64,000 nucleotides of DNA, from assembly GCA_902780175.1 (NCBI GenBank), contig CACZEU010000003.1:8979-72978 (forward strand), given 5' to 3'. The position numbers and the translations under genes are program-made. This document shows, piece by piece, positions 19,021 to 29,482 of this stretch (within the stretch, counting starts at the first letter, position 1; the number at the start of each line of letters is the position of its first letter). This DNA comes from an uncultured Bacteroidia bacterium (GTDB lineage Bacteria > Bacteroidota > Bacteroidia > Bacteroidales > UBA932). The notes beneath the pieces are model-generated. The model was not told the DNA's origin and made no database searches. It was given only the letters and a program-made list of their open reading frames with translations.

Positions 19021-19875
19021 ATGAAAAGCTTGAAATTCATACTGGGTGCGGCCTCATCGCTCCTGCTTTCCTGCACCGGCAGCGGAGACGCTCCGGCCCC
19101 CACGCAGGTGCATACAAGGATATGCGCCGGGACAACTAAAGCCGCCGCCGGTCCGCAGGATTCCGGCCTCTATCCCGTCCTGTGGCAGGAAGGGGACCGG
19201 ATAAGCGTGAATGGCAAGCTGAGCCGGCCCCTCGGCGCCTCGTTCGCCGGCAGCGGTGAAGCTGTGTTTTCGTTCAGCGGTTTTTCGTCCGCGGCTCCGT
19301 TCAACATGCTGTATCCCGGCAGTACGGACGGTACCGTTGTGCTTGACGGCGCGACTCCGGCAATGTATGCGGTAAACCAGTCGCTGGACGAGGTGGCGCA
19401 GTTCCATCAGCTCACGGCAGGCATCTATGTGGAGCTGTACGGTGAGCTGCCCCTGTCTTCGCTTACGCTTGAATCCCTTGGCGGAGAGGCTCCGGGAGGC
19501 ACTTTTTCTGTGGCCTTCCCTTCGGGAGCCCTTTCTGCGGCAAGCAGTGCGGGGAATCTCGAGCGTACTTTCGCCTCTCCTGCATCCCTTTCGATGGATG
19601 CTCCGCTGGCCGTTTGCTGGTTCATCAAACCCGGCACCTATGCCAGTGGCCTGGCGCTGCGGGCCAGAAGCCCTCAGGGGACAGTCCTCAGCTGGAGTTT
19701 CGGATTCGGCAAAACCCTGGAAACCGGTAAGATGTATAAGTTAGACCCTGTCTCTTTCGTGTCGCCGGTACCCAATCTTCCGGACGATACCGATGACCCG
19801 TCTGACCCTGCCGACGACGGCATTCAGGTTACGCTTGAAGAAATGACCGAACTTGTTTACGGATACGGATTATGA
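19021..19875 (+). CDS. Fimbrillin-like lipoprotein without cargo domain, acidic Pro/Asp tail
   Basis: LLLSC lipobox; TTKA...YPVLWQEGDRISVNG...LYP; tail DDTDDPSDPADDGIQVTLEEMTELVYGYGL. Confidence 0.65.
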   Translation: MKSLKFILGAASSLLLSCTGSGDAPAPTQVHTRICAGTTKAAAGPQDSGLYPVLWQEGDRISVNGKLSRPLGASFAGSGEAVFSFSGFSSAAPFNMLYPGSTDGTVVLDGATPAMYAVNQSLDEVAQFHQLTAGIYVELYGELPLSSLTLESLGGEAPGGTFSVAFPSGALSAASSAGNLERTFASPASLSMDAPLAVCWFIKPGTYASGLALRARSPQGTVLSWSFGFGKTLETGKMYKLDPVSFVSPVPNLPDDTDDPSDPADDGIQVTLEEMTELVYGYGL

Positions 19876-21722
19876 AACTACGATACATTCTGATATTGCC
19901 AATCCTCCTTGCTGCATGCACCGGACCCGGTGACGTGCGGGATACGGAATTCCGTTTCGAGGCGGTCGTGCAGGAACTTGAGACCAAGGTCGGACTGGGC
20001 GCCAAGAATGACGCCGGAAAGTACCCCGTCCTGTGGAGTGCCGCCGACAAGATACAGATCAATTCTTCCGTGTCGGAGCCGCTCGACGCCGCTTATGACG
20101 GGAAGCAGACCGCGACTTTTATATTCCCGCAGACTCCTGCTTCGGCGGCTTCTTACATTGTGACTTATCCTGCTGCAGGAGAGGGGATTATCCGTTTCCC
20201 TGGGCAGCAGAACCACGTTGAGGGTACAATCAGTCCGGGGGCCATGCCGCTTTGCGGGCGTACCGGCAGCCTCGATGGCAGAGTCTCCCTCCGTGCCTGT
20301 GGCGCCGTCGTAGGATTCGAATTCAAGGGGAGTGCGACTCTGCTTGGAATGGAATTCAGCTGCCCGGGAGGAGAGAAACTCAGCGGCGACTTTACCCTGA
20401 GCGGGTCCGCTGACGATCTGGCGCCCTCCGGCAGCGCTTCGGGCGGCATGAACTACAGTTTCGGCGACGGTCTTGCACTCTCGCAGGAGGGGACCGATAT
20501 CCTTTTCACAGTGCCCCTCGGCTCATATTCTAAAGGCATTAAGGCCATTGTGCGCAGCAGCGACGGGTCCAGCATGGCCTTGAGTTTCTTTACCTCCGGG
20601 GTTGAGCTTCCCACTACGCGCGTCTGCCGTTTTCCTGCTATCAGCTATCAGGCAGGCAAGGAGATAGCATTTACTGCTTCCGATGCCTTCAGCTCCGGGG
20701 AGATAGATTTGGATGGCAGCGCCGGCACTTCAGACATGGAGTCGAGAGACGCTACGGCGGCCGTTTCCATTAAGGCCGGAACCTACAATATCTGGTCGCC
20801 GGAAGCCCGCAAAACCGTCATGGACGGTGACGCTACCGTATCGGAACAGCGCTCCTGGGCCAACAGTTACAGCGCTGTGGCCGACATGATCAAGTGGCTT
20901 GACTGCGACGTGATGGGCCTTCAGGAAATTACCAGCAGGGGCTTCAGGACTTCGATTACCAGCCCGCGCGAAGATTACGACGGGAATGTCCATACTCTCA
21001 ATTCCAAACTCCCGTCTTATTCCTGGGTCATTTACAATGGCTCCAACACCACTTACGACAGCCTGTTTCCAAATAATACAACGGCCAACGGTCTCAGCAA
21101 CACAGATGCGATAATCTATAAGAGCAGCACCCTCACCCTGGTTTCCCACGGAAGATACTGGATTACCGGCAACAGGACGTCCGCCGGCGCTCCTTCCGAC
21201 GGTTATGGGACCAACAGGGTTGCCGTATGGGCAAAGTTCACCCACAAGGCCAGCGGCAAGCAGTTCGTGTTCATTTCTACGCATCTTGACCTGCCGAATG
21301 CAGGATCGGCCGACGATCCATATCTGGCGCAGCGGCGCAATATCGAAGAGCTCATAGGCTGGGTGGCGCCGCAGGTATGCCCCGGGAATCTGCCCTCCGT
21401 CATCGTCGGCGACATGAACGTCGATGCAGGAGACGGCGGCGGCAATTACGACCGTCTTGTGAGCGGCCGCTGGAAGGATGTGTACGATATCATGCTCTCA
21501 GACGGAAGCCTCTCCTACAACGACCAGAGGCTCAAGGGAACCATGAACGCAAGCAAGAACGAAGAGGGCTGGAGCCTGTCTTCGTGGCGGGCCGACCATG
21601 TTCTTGCCGATGGCTTCACCCCGTCCTATTACAAGGTGGGCCGCGAGACCTTTGCCACTGCCGACGGCACTCAGCACTGGCCTTCCGACCATTTCCCCAT
21701 AAAAGTCATACTTAACTTCTGA
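19872..21722 (+). CDS. Fimbrillin-like domain + EEP phosphoesterase fusion lipoprotein
   Basis: LLAAC lipobox; ETKV...YPVLWSAADKI...TYP; C-terminal half TYNI/QEI/THL/GDMN/ADH/SDH. Confidence 0.8.
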   Translation: MKLRYILILPILLAACTGPGDVRDTEFRFEAVVQELETKVGLGAKNDAGKYPVLWSAADKIQINSSVSEPLDAAYDGKQTATFIFPQTPASAASYIVTYPAAGEGIIRFPGQQNHVEGTISPGAMPLCGRTGSLDGRVSLRACGAVVGFEFKGSATLLGMEFSCPGGEKLSGDFTLSGSADDLAPSGSASGGMNYSFGDGLALSQEGTDILFTVPLGSYSKGIKAIVRSSDGSSMALSFFTSGVELPTTRVCRFPAISYQAGKEIAFTASDAFSSGEIDLDGSAGTSDMESRDATAAVSIKAGTYNIWSPEARKTVMDGDATVSEQRSWANSYSAVADMIKWLDCDVMGLQEITSRGFRTSITSPREDYDGNVHTLNSKLPSYSWVIYNGSNTTYDSLFPNNTTANGLSNTDAIIYKSSTLTLVSHGRYWITGNRTSAGAPSDGYGTNRVAVWAKFTHKASGKQFVFISTHLDLPNAGSADDPYLAQRRNIEELIGWVAPQVCPGNLPSVIVGDMNVDAGDGGGNYDRLVSGRWKDVYDIMLSDGSLSYNDQRLKGTMNASKNEEGWSLSSWRADHVLADGFTPSYYKVGRETFATADGTQHWPSDHFPIKVILNF

Positions 21723-23554
21723 TGCGTATGAGAAAGAGTTTTGTGATTGCTGTTTCGCTTGCGACCCTCGTCGCCCTATCGTGCGCAAAAGAAGAACCTC
21801 ACTTCTCCCGGGTCTATGCGCTCGAGGCTTCCACGCCTTTCGATGGTCAGACCAAGACGGCGCTCGGTCCCAAGTCTGGCGAAGCCTATCCGGTTTTCTG
21901 GAGCGAAGGTGATGTCATAACGGTCAACGGCGTCCGTTCCAATCCTCTGACCTCCTCCCAGGCCGGCGGGCGTACCGCCAGCTTCAGCTTCCCCGGCGGC
22001 GTGCTTGCGCCTTTCCGCATCGAGTACGGCAACGGCATTCCGTCCAGTCAGGAATACCTGTCCGACAATGTGTGCAGCGGCTACATGATCATGGCGGCCG
22101 AAAGCTCCCAGACTTCGTTTACCATGAAGCACCAGAGCAGCATAGTGTCGTTTACGCTGACAGGTTCGGTGAACGTAGCCGGGCTGTCGCTCCGTTCGCT
22201 CGACGGCAGCCCCGTCAGCAGTATCGCTGACTGCGTGCAGATGACGGTACCTTCCGGCGGAGTGAGTCTTGGCGGCGGAAAGACCTTCCGTTTCGTGGTT
22301 GCGCCCGGCACTCATGCCAAGGGCCTCAGCCTTGATGTTTATACCACCGACGGCAGCTGCATGAACCTTACCGCCTTTGTGGGCAAGAGGCTCGCTGCCG
22401 GCCGTATCTACGAACTTGCATCCGTTGAGTTCGCAGCCAACGTCGAACCGGTCATCGCAATAGCGTCCCGATCCGACCTGCTGGCCTTCGCCGCACGCGT
22501 AGCTGCTGGCGAAAAGGCTCTCCGAGCCCGTCTGGTGGCCGATATCGACCTCAGCGCAGGATGGACTCCCCTGGAGGGATTCACCGGAGAACTCGACGGC
22601 GGAGGACACAGGGTGACCGGCCTGAAGAGGGCCTTCGTCCAGGAACTCACCGGCTGTGTGAGGAATCTTACGGTTCGAGGGAACGTCAGCATCGGCAGCG
22701 CCTCCGACATTGCCGGCGACGAGAGCAAATACTGGGCTGGAATACTTGCCAACCGCGTCTATACCGGAGGCCTCATAGCCAATTGCGCCTCCGAGGGTTC
22801 GCTGTCCTACAGCCAGTGGGGCAAAAGCGTCGCGGCAGCAGGAATTGCAGGCTATGCCTCCCGAGGCACGATACAGGGCAGCGTCAACCGGGCTTCGGTC
22901 TCGGTGACGGGAGACGGCTCGGCCGTGGTTTACGCCGGCGGAATCGTGGGCTACACTTATGCCAGCAGCGATGTTGTCTCGGTTAAAGGGTGCCGCAACG
23001 AGGGAAGTGTTTCCCTTCTGGGCAGCCTCAAGAGCGTCAACGCCGGCGGCATTGTAGGCAATATGGGCACCGTGCATACGAGCGTAATCGAGAGCAATGT
23101 GAATGTCGGCAGCGTTACTGTCGAGGCATCGGCCAAGGTGCTTGGAAACATAAATCTTGGAGGTATTGCCGGCAGCAGCCAGAACGACATATCTGCCTGC
23201 TCCAACGAGGGCTCGATACATCAGGCCGCATCTACTTCGCACATCCAGAACATAGGCGGCATCGCCGGCAGCGTGGTTACCGGGAGTGTGGAGGCCTGCA
23301 GCAACGGCGGCAGTATCCTGCTGGACGGATCTCCCTCGACGGGAGCCATACGCTGCGGAGGCATACTCGGTTTTGCCTCGGGCGACGCCTCAGTAAATAC
23401 CATAGCCCTTGTGGATTGCTCCTTCGGTGGCGGGATATTGGTGGACATCGCCGCTCATTCGGCAGTTTACGCCAAGCCTTTCACCGGGCTTTACTCCATT
23501 GCAAATTATTCGGAAACCGGATGCGTTTCCACAGGAACCGTGACGCAGAGATGA
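21722..23554 (+). CDS. Fimbrillin-like domain + GLUG-type repeat lipoprotein
   Basis: VALSC lipobox; QTKT...YPVFWSEGDVITVNG; L.ADIDL..WTP..FTGELDGGGH and repeated GGIxG...C.NxG motifs. Confidence 0.7.
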   Translation: MRMRKSFVIAVSLATLVALSCAKEEPHFSRVYALEASTPFDGQTKTALGPKSGEAYPVFWSEGDVITVNGVRSNPLTSSQAGGRTASFSFPGGVLAPFRIEYGNGIPSSQEYLSDNVCSGYMIMAAESSQTSFTMKHQSSIVSFTLTGSVNVAGLSLRSLDGSPVSSIADCVQMTVPSGGVSLGGGKTFRFVVAPGTHAKGLSLDVYTTDGSCMNLTAFVGKRLAAGRIYELASVEFAANVEPVIAIASRSDLLAFAARVAAGEKALRARLVADIDLSAGWTPLEGFTGELDGGGHRVTGLKRAFVQELTGCVRNLTVRGNVSIGSASDIAGDESKYWAGILANRVYTGGLIANCASEGSLSYSQWGKSVAAAGIAGYASRGTIQGSVNRASVSVTGDGSAVVYAGGIVGYTYASSDVVSVKGCRNEGSVSLLGSLKSVNAGGIVGNMGTVHTSVIESNVNVGSVTVEASAKVLGNINLGGIAGSSQNDISACSNEGSIHQAASTSHIQNIGGIAGSVVTGSVEACSNGGSILLDGSPSTGAIRCGGILGFASGDASVNTIALVDCSFGGGILVDIAAHSAVYAKPFTGLYSIANYSETGCVSTGTVTQR

Positions 23555-26460
23555 AAAAGATTTTAGTTTTATTCCTTCTGTCGGCAAGCATAAGTGCTTA
23601 TGCTTCAGAGCCAATCAAGGTAGGCAGCTTTAACCTGTGCACATCCGGGTCCCGAAAATCTTTTATCGAGAAGGGCAAGGCGGGTGTTGTTGCCGGGCCT
23701 CAGAGATATTGGTGCAACAGCGCCACGGCCGTTGCGGACATGATAGCCGCGATGGACTGCGACGCTCTGGGCGTGCAGGAAGTGTGCGACAGCATCTGGG
23801 GGGTAAAAGGTGACTTTGACATACGCCGGCTGGTGGCGCAGCGCAAGGACGTTTACGACTGGATACTGTACCCCAACACCGACAAAGGCATATCCTACGA
23901 CGTGGCTATTGCCTACCGCCGCGACAGGCTGGATACCCTCAGGACCGGTATATTCTGGACCGGAGGCATCCCCGGAAGGGCCCGCACCCGGGCGGGGGAG
24001 CCCAAACACATCTGCAAGCCCTGCGTCTGGGCGCTGTTCCGCGACAAGGCGAGCGGCCGGGAATTCTATTTCCTGAACACGCATACCGTCGTGCCTCAGA
24101 AATACAAGGATGACGAATGGCCCCGCAACAGGGGGAACATACTCAACCTTCAGGAAATTCGCCGCTGCGCCGAAGCGCTGGTGCCCGAAGACGTCCCGTC
24201 CATCCTGGTGGGCGACCTCAATGTCTCGCACAAGTCAGCCGACTGGGTAAACATATCCGCGGGCCGCTGGGAGGATGTCTATTCCCGTTTCTACGCCGAA
24301 AACATGCTCGAATTCGAAGACCGCGAATGGGGCACCCAGAACACCAAGGACGAGAAGGACTGGACCAAATGGCATCCCGACCATATAATGCTCGACGGCT
24401 TCAGTGCCGTGGATTACAGGGTCAGGCGCGACAAATTCCCCACGGCCGACGGCACCCGCCATTATCCTTCCGACCATTTCCCGCTTACGGCTACGGTGCG
24501 TTTTGAGGACGCCCCGGAGCGCCTTGCATGGGAGAAGGCGGTCTCTGCCGACGGAAGCATCAGTCTTGAGCTTCAGGAAAGGCAGGAAGGCGTTTTCTAC
24601 AGGGTCGTATGCGACGGCAAGGAGGTTATAGCACCGTCGCGCATAGCGATGACCCTCTCCGACGGAACGGTTTTCGGAACCGGAAGGCTGCTGGAAACAA
24701 AAAAGGCCCCCGGATGCGTGACTATGCTTTTTGCGGGCTGCTCACTCGAGGCAAGGGCCTTCGATGACGGAGTGGCCTGGCGCTGGTCTTCTGCAGCCAG
24801 AGCGCCTTACACCGTCGTTTCCGAACAGGCCGGCTTTGGTTTCGACGCCTTGGCAAAGGCCACCATTTCCTATACCCACAAGAACAAAGATCCCTATCAG
24901 GACGACTTCCAGAACCTCTATTCTCGTCAGGGATTCCCCATCTGGGGTACCGGAAAGCCCCTTCTTGACGTGAAGCCCGGCAAGTACGACAAACCGGTGG
25001 ACATGAGCCATCTGTCCAAGGCGCCGCTCGTTGTCACCCCGGCCCTTGTGGAGAGCAAGGGAGTTCGCCTGGTAATTGCTGAATCGGATGTAAATGCCTA
25101 TCCCGGAATGTTCCTCAAGCCTTTCGGCAGCGGTTTTCAGGCTGATTTCGCGCCCTATCCGGCGACTCTGCAGCAGGGAGGCAAACGCAACCTGCAGATG
25201 ATTGTGACGTCCCGTGAGCCGTATATCGCAAGATGCAACGGGCGGGCCAGGAACTTCCCCTGGAGAGTGGTCTGCATTGCGCGCGACGACAAGTCCCTGG
25301 CTACCAACGACCTGGTGACGCGTCTCGCCCCGCCTGCCAAAAACGATTTTTCATGGGTCAGGCCCGGGAAGGTGGCGTGGGAATGGTGGAGCCAGTTTGC
25401 CATCGGGAGCGTGGATTTTACGCCGGGGGTCAACACTCAGACGTACAAGGCCTACATCGATTTTGCTTCCCGGCACGGGATAGAGTATGTGCTTATGGAT
25501 GAAGGCTGGGCCGTGCGGTATGCCGACGATCTCTTCGAGGTGGTACCCGACATAGACCTTGCCGAGATTATCCGTTATGGAGCCGAAAAAAACGTCGGAA
25601 TAATCCTCTGGGCGGGCTACACCGCCATAATGAAGGATCTGGAAAGGGTGTGCATGCATTATGCGTCCATGGGCGTGAAGGGCCTCAAGATAGACTTTTT
25701 TGAGCGCAACGACCAGATTGTTCAGGAGGATATGAGGCGCATAGCGGAAACGTCTGCGCGCTATCGCCTGCTGGTGGACCTGCATGGCTGTCCTCCTCCT
25801 ACGGGACTTCAGAAGCAATACCCCAACATCCTCAATTTTGAGGGTATCTTTGGGCTGGAGCAGATGAGGAACCGTCCGTATCCGCAGTATGACATGGTCA
25901 CCCACGATGTTACGCTGCCCTTCATCCGCTTCGTCGCGGGCCCCGGAGACTATACCCCCGGAGCATTCCTCAACGGCACCCGGGAGACCTTCGTCCCCTA
26001 CAAGCCTGCACCTATGTCGCAGGGTACACGCTGCCGCCAGCTTGCCCAGTACGTGGTTTTCGACGGCCCGATGCAGATGATTTCCGACGGTCCCTGCCGG
26101 TATGAGGCGGAACCGGAGTGTGCGGAATTCATCTACCGTGTCCCCACAGTCTGGGACGAAACCCGTGTGCTGGAGGGCCGGATAGGGGAGTACATCGTCA
26201 CGGCACGGCGCAAGGGGGATGTCTGGTACATCGGCGCCATGACCGACTGGACGGCAAGGGAGCTGACCATCGACCTTTCTTCTCTCTATCGACCGGGCGA
26301 AGCGAGCGGAGAGGCGCGGGTCGAAGCCTGGGAAGACGGCCCCGACGCATCCCGGAACGCGCAGTCCTGGCAGAAGCGTATCTATGAGAACGCTTCCAGT
26401 CTTAAAATACAAATAGCACCCGGCGGAGGCTGGGCGGGAATTATTAAATTTGCTGAATGA
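23551..26460 (+). CDS. EEP + GH97 (alpha-glucosidase/galactosidase) fusion
   Basis: True start MKKILVLF at 23551. N-terminal EEP (SFNL/QEV/NTH/GDLN/SDH), then GH97 (WVRPGKVAWEWW, MDEGW, GVKGLKIDF, VDLHG, NFEG, GPGDYTPG, PTVWDET). Confidence 0.9.
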   Translation: MKKILVLFLLSASISAYASEPIKVGSFNLCTSGSRKSFIEKGKAGVVAGPQRYWCNSATAVADMIAAMDCDALGVQEVCDSIWGVKGDFDIRRLVAQRKDVYDWILYPNTDKGISYDVAIAYRRDRLDTLRTGIFWTGGIPGRARTRAGEPKHICKPCVWALFRDKASGREFYFLNTHTVVPQKYKDDEWPRNRGNILNLQEIRRCAEALVPEDVPSILVGDLNVSHKSADWVNISAGRWEDVYSRFYAENMLEFEDREWGTQNTKDEKDWTKWHPDHIMLDGFSAVDYRVRRDKFPTADGTRHYPSDHFPLTATVRFEDAPERLAWEKAVSADGSISLELQERQEGVFYRVVCDGKEVIAPSRIAMTLSDGTVFGTGRLLETKKAPGCVTMLFAGCSLEARAFDDGVAWRWSSAARAPYTVVSEQAGFGFDALAKATISYTHKNKDPYQDDFQNLYSRQGFPIWGTGKPLLDVKPGKYDKPVDMSHLSKAPLVVTPALVESKGVRLVIAESDVNAYPGMFLKPFGSGFQADFAPYPATLQQGGKRNLQMIVTSREPYIARCNGRARNFPWRVVCIARDDKSLATNDLVTRLAPPAKNDFSWVRPGKVAWEWWSQFAIGSVDFTPGVNTQTYKAYIDFASRHGIEYVLMDEGWAVRYADDLFEVVPDIDLAEIIRYGAEKNVGIILWAGYTAIMKDLERVCMHYASMGVKGLKIDFFERNDQIVQEDMRRIAETSARYRLLVDLHGCPPPTGLQKQYPNILNFEGIFGLEQMRNRPYPQYDMVTHDVTLPFIRFVAGPGDYTPGAFLNGTRETFVPYKPAPMSQGTRCRQLAQYVVFDGPMQMISDGPCRYEAEPECAEFIYRVPTVWDETRVLEGRIGEYIVTARRKGDVWYIGAMTDWTARELTIDLSSLYRPGEASGEARVEAWEDGPDASRNAQSWQKRIYENASSLKIQIAPGGGWAGIIKFAE

Positions 26461-27524
26461 GAAAGTTATTATCCATAGCTTTGTTTTGCCTCCTTGCAAT
26501 CGAAGTGCAGGCGCAGCGCAGTTACACAGATGCTCTGAGTCTCACCGTAGTTGGAAAATACACTCAGACCGCTCATCCGTGGGACCGTCTCGATGAACGG
26601 GAGGGCATGACAGCCGGAGAAAAAGGCCAGGCCAAGCATTCAGCCGGCCTCGCAATCGCGTTTTCCACCAACTCCAAGAGCATAGGCGTGCGTGTCGTAT
26701 GGCGTGCAAAGGCTGCAAACGGCGGCAACATGGGCCCCATATCGGCAAGAGGCTTCGACCTTTACATGCAGAAGGACGGACAGTGGCTGTGGGCCGGCAA
26801 CGGATATCCGGGCAAGAATACGCCCGACGAGCCTCATGAAGTGGAACTTATCTCGGACTGCGGCAACGCCGAAAAGCACTGTCTGCTGTATCTGCCGCTT
26901 TTCTCACAGATTGAGTCCTTGGATATCGTAACTACTGATGAAAGCTGGATTGAGGCTGACTCTCAGCCCTTCAAGGGCCGTATTGCCGTCTGGGGCTCCT
27001 CCTACACCCACGGCTCCGGAGCCGGGCGCTGCGCCATGACCTGGGAAGCCCAGCTCGCGCGTGCCACCGGGTACAACTTCATCAACCTTGGCTTCAGCGG
27101 CAACTGCAAGCTCCAGCCTTATTTTGCCGACGCACTGCTTGCCGGGGAACCTGTAGATGCATTCATCTTTGATGCCTTCTCCAATCCCTCGCCGAAGGAA
27201 GTGCAGGAACGCCTCGAACCCTTCATCCAGCGCTTCGTCAAGGAGCGTCCCGGCATTCCGCTCATCTTCCTTCAGACCATCAGGCGCGAGAAACGCAATT
27301 TCAGCGCTTCCTACGACGCCCGCGAGCATGCCAAGCGCGCCACGGCCGAAGAGCTTATGCAGCAGATGGTTGCCAAGTATCCCAACGTCTATTGGATAAA
27401 CACCACCAACGCCAGCGCTCCCAGCCACGAGGCTACTTCCGACGGCTCCCATCCCGATTCCTACGGCTACACCCTGTGGATGCAGTCGGTCAAGGAACCC
27501 ATCCTGGAAATCCTGACAAAATGA
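26457..27524 (+). CDS. SGNH/GDSL esterase with GxDLY-type N-terminal domain
   Basis: HSAGLAIAF, GFDLY, WGSSYTHG, NLGFSGN, DGSHP. Confidence 0.85.
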   Translation: MRKLLSIALFCLLAIEVQAQRSYTDALSLTVVGKYTQTAHPWDRLDEREGMTAGEKGQAKHSAGLAIAFSTNSKSIGVRVVWRAKAANGGNMGPISARGFDLYMQKDGQWLWAGNGYPGKNTPDEPHEVELISDCGNAEKHCLLYLPLFSQIESLDIVTTDESWIEADSQPFKGRIAVWGSSYTHGSGAGRCAMTWEAQLARATGYNFINLGFSGNCKLQPYFADALLAGEPVDAFIFDAFSNPSPKEVQERLEPFIQRFVKERPGIPLIFLQTIRREKRNFSASYDAREHAKRATAEELMQQMVAKYPNVYWINTTNASAPSHEATSDGSHPDSYGYTLWMQSVKEPILEILTK

Positions 27525-29473
27525 GAGCGCTTGCACATATCATCCTGCTGGGCGGCTTATGGCTGTCCGCACTTTCGTGTGTGGAGCAGTATGATGTGTG
27601 CATATACGGCGGTACGTCGGCCGGTGTGGTGGCTGCAAGAAGCGCAGCCCTCGAGGGCTGCAATGTGGTCGTGGTAGAACCTTCAGCACATATAGGCGGG
27701 CTCACCACCGGCGGTCTCGGCCTTACCGACATCGGAAACAAACAGGTGGTTCAGGGGCTTTCCCGGCAGTTCTATCGGGAGCTTGGAAAGCGTTACGGCA
27801 AGTTGGAAAGCTGGGTGTTCGAGCCTCATGTGGCGCAGGAGGTGATGGATACGTATCTGGAGCATCCCCGCATAAGCGTTTTGCGCCATACCGGCATGGA
27901 CAGACTTCGCAAACGCGGCAAGCACATCACCCTCATGCATACGGTCTGGCTCGACGGAGAAGGCCGCGTGCTTGGGCGGGGGCCGCTGATCCGGGCCAAG
28001 GTGTTTATCGACGCCAGCTATGAAGGGGACCTGCTGCCAGCCTCCGGCGTGAGTTATGCCGTTGGGAGGGAATCGTCGGCACAATACGGAGAAAGCTGGA
28101 ACGGCCGCCATATTGCCACAGGCCATCAGTTCCCGGACGGCGTGGACCCGTATGTGGTACCGGGAGACCCCTCAAGCGGGCTTCTTCCCGGTATGATGGA
28201 AGGGCTGGCAGGAGAAGAAGGCGAAGGAGACAGTTTGCTGCAGGCATACAATCTCCGTCTCTGTCTCACGGATTCGTTGGAAAACCGGATTCCGCTTACA
28301 AGACCTTCCGGTTATGATTCTACGCGCTATGAGCTGCTTGCGCGCCTCATTGCCGCACAGCCGGAATCGGCTAAATATTTCATTTGGAGCCCGATGCCCG
28401 GGCGCAAGACCGATGTTAACAACTACGGTGGCTTTTCAACCGATTATATCGGCGGGAATGCCGGCTATTTGGAAGCCTCTTATGAGGGGCGCTACAAGAT
28501 ATATCAGGCACACACTGACTACACGCTGGGCCTGCTCTGGTTTATGATGACGGACCCGCGCGTCCCTTCTGCGACCATGGAGGAACTCGCGCGATGGGGG
28601 CTTCCCAAGGACGAGTATCCCGAAAACGGCCACTGGACGCCGCAGCTTTATGTGCGGGAAGGACGCCGGATGGTGTCGGATTATGTCGTTACCCAGAAGG
28701 ACTGTGAGGGGCTTACAGACGTGCCGGACGGCATTGCTTATGCCGCCTACAAGATGGACTCCCATAACTGCCGGCGCATCGTGGTGGACGGCATGGTGAA
28801 GAACGAGGGCAATGTTGAGGAGAAGATTCCGGGGCCGTGGCCCATCCCTTACAGGAGCATTGTCCCCGCCGGGGAAGAGTGCGACAACCTCCTTGTGCCG
28901 GTCTGCGTGTCGGCCAGCCATATCGCTTTCGGCTCCCTGAGGATGGAACCCGTATTCATGTCACTTGGGCAGGTGGCCGGCCTGGCAGCCGCCATGTCGC
29001 TTCGACGGGGCGTTCCGGTCCGGGATGTGTCGGCAGGGGATTTGATGTCGAGCCTGGCCCGGGACCCGTTGCAGGACGGATCCGTCCCCGATCTGTTTAT
29101 GGATGACGTCATGATGGACATCCCTTCCGGCTGGACACGTGTGAGGTCCAAGCGAGGATACGGCCCCTCCTATCTGGAGTCATCGGCTCCGGGCGCGTCC
29201 GTTACCTTCGGTGCGCGGGTGCCTTCGCCGGGGTTATATGAAGTGTATTCCTATGTAAATCTGGTGGATGATGTGGAGCCGCTGACGCATTATGTCATTG
29301 ATGGCGTAAACGTTACCGTCGATTCGAGGAAGATTCCTCTCGATGGTCAGATGAAAGGCGACTGGGCGCCGCTCGGCACTTTTGAACTCTCCGACAGCGT
29401 TTCCGTGACGGCATGGGGCGGCGGCAGCGGAAAGCCTTTGCGGGCCGACTGCATCCTTCTTGTGAAACGATAA
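27521..29473 (+). CDS. FAD-dependent oxidoreductase lipoprotein with C-terminal CBM/Golvesin-like domain
   Basis: Start ATG 27521; YDVCIYGGTSAGVVAA, GGLTTGGLG, FIDASYEGDL, LYVREGRRM, SHIAFGSLRMEP. Confidence 0.85.
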   Translation: MRALAHIILLGGLWLSALSCVEQYDVCIYGGTSAGVVAARSAALEGCNVVVVEPSAHIGGLTTGGLGLTDIGNKQVVQGLSRQFYRELGKRYGKLESWVFEPHVAQEVMDTYLEHPRISVLRHTGMDRLRKRGKHITLMHTVWLDGEGRVLGRGPLIRAKVFIDASYEGDLLPASGVSYAVGRESSAQYGESWNGRHIATGHQFPDGVDPYVVPGDPSSGLLPGMMEGLAGEEGEGDSLLQAYNLRLCLTDSLENRIPLTRPSGYDSTRYELLARLIAAQPESAKYFIWSPMPGRKTDVNNYGGFSTDYIGGNAGYLEASYEGRYKIYQAHTDYTLGLLWFMMTDPRVPSATMEELARWGLPKDEYPENGHWTPQLYVREGRRMVSDYVVTQKDCEGLTDVPDGIAYAAYKMDSHNCRRIVVDGMVKNEGNVEEKIPGPWPIPYRSIVPAGEECDNLLVPVCVSASHIAFGSLRMEPVFMSLGQVAGLAAAMSLRRGVPVRDVSAGDLMSSLARDPLQDGSVPDLFMDDVMMDIPSGWTRVRSKRGYGPSYLESSAPGASVTFGARVPSPGLYEVYSYVNLVDDVEPLTHYVIDGVNVTVDSRKIPLDGQMKGDWAPLGTFELSDSVSVTAWGGGSGKPLRADCILLVKR

Positions 29474-29482
29474 CCACTTTTT

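Noticed and set aside
22990-23550. N-terminal 187 aa of the 1156-aa ORF
   Set aside because: Overlaps the preceding gene in another frame; the real start with signal peptide is at 23551.
16262-24500. Nuclease-based defence system or DGR-like repeats among EEP genes
   Set aside because: The proteins are secreted PUL members, there is no reverse transcriptase, and the repeats are short coding motifs.
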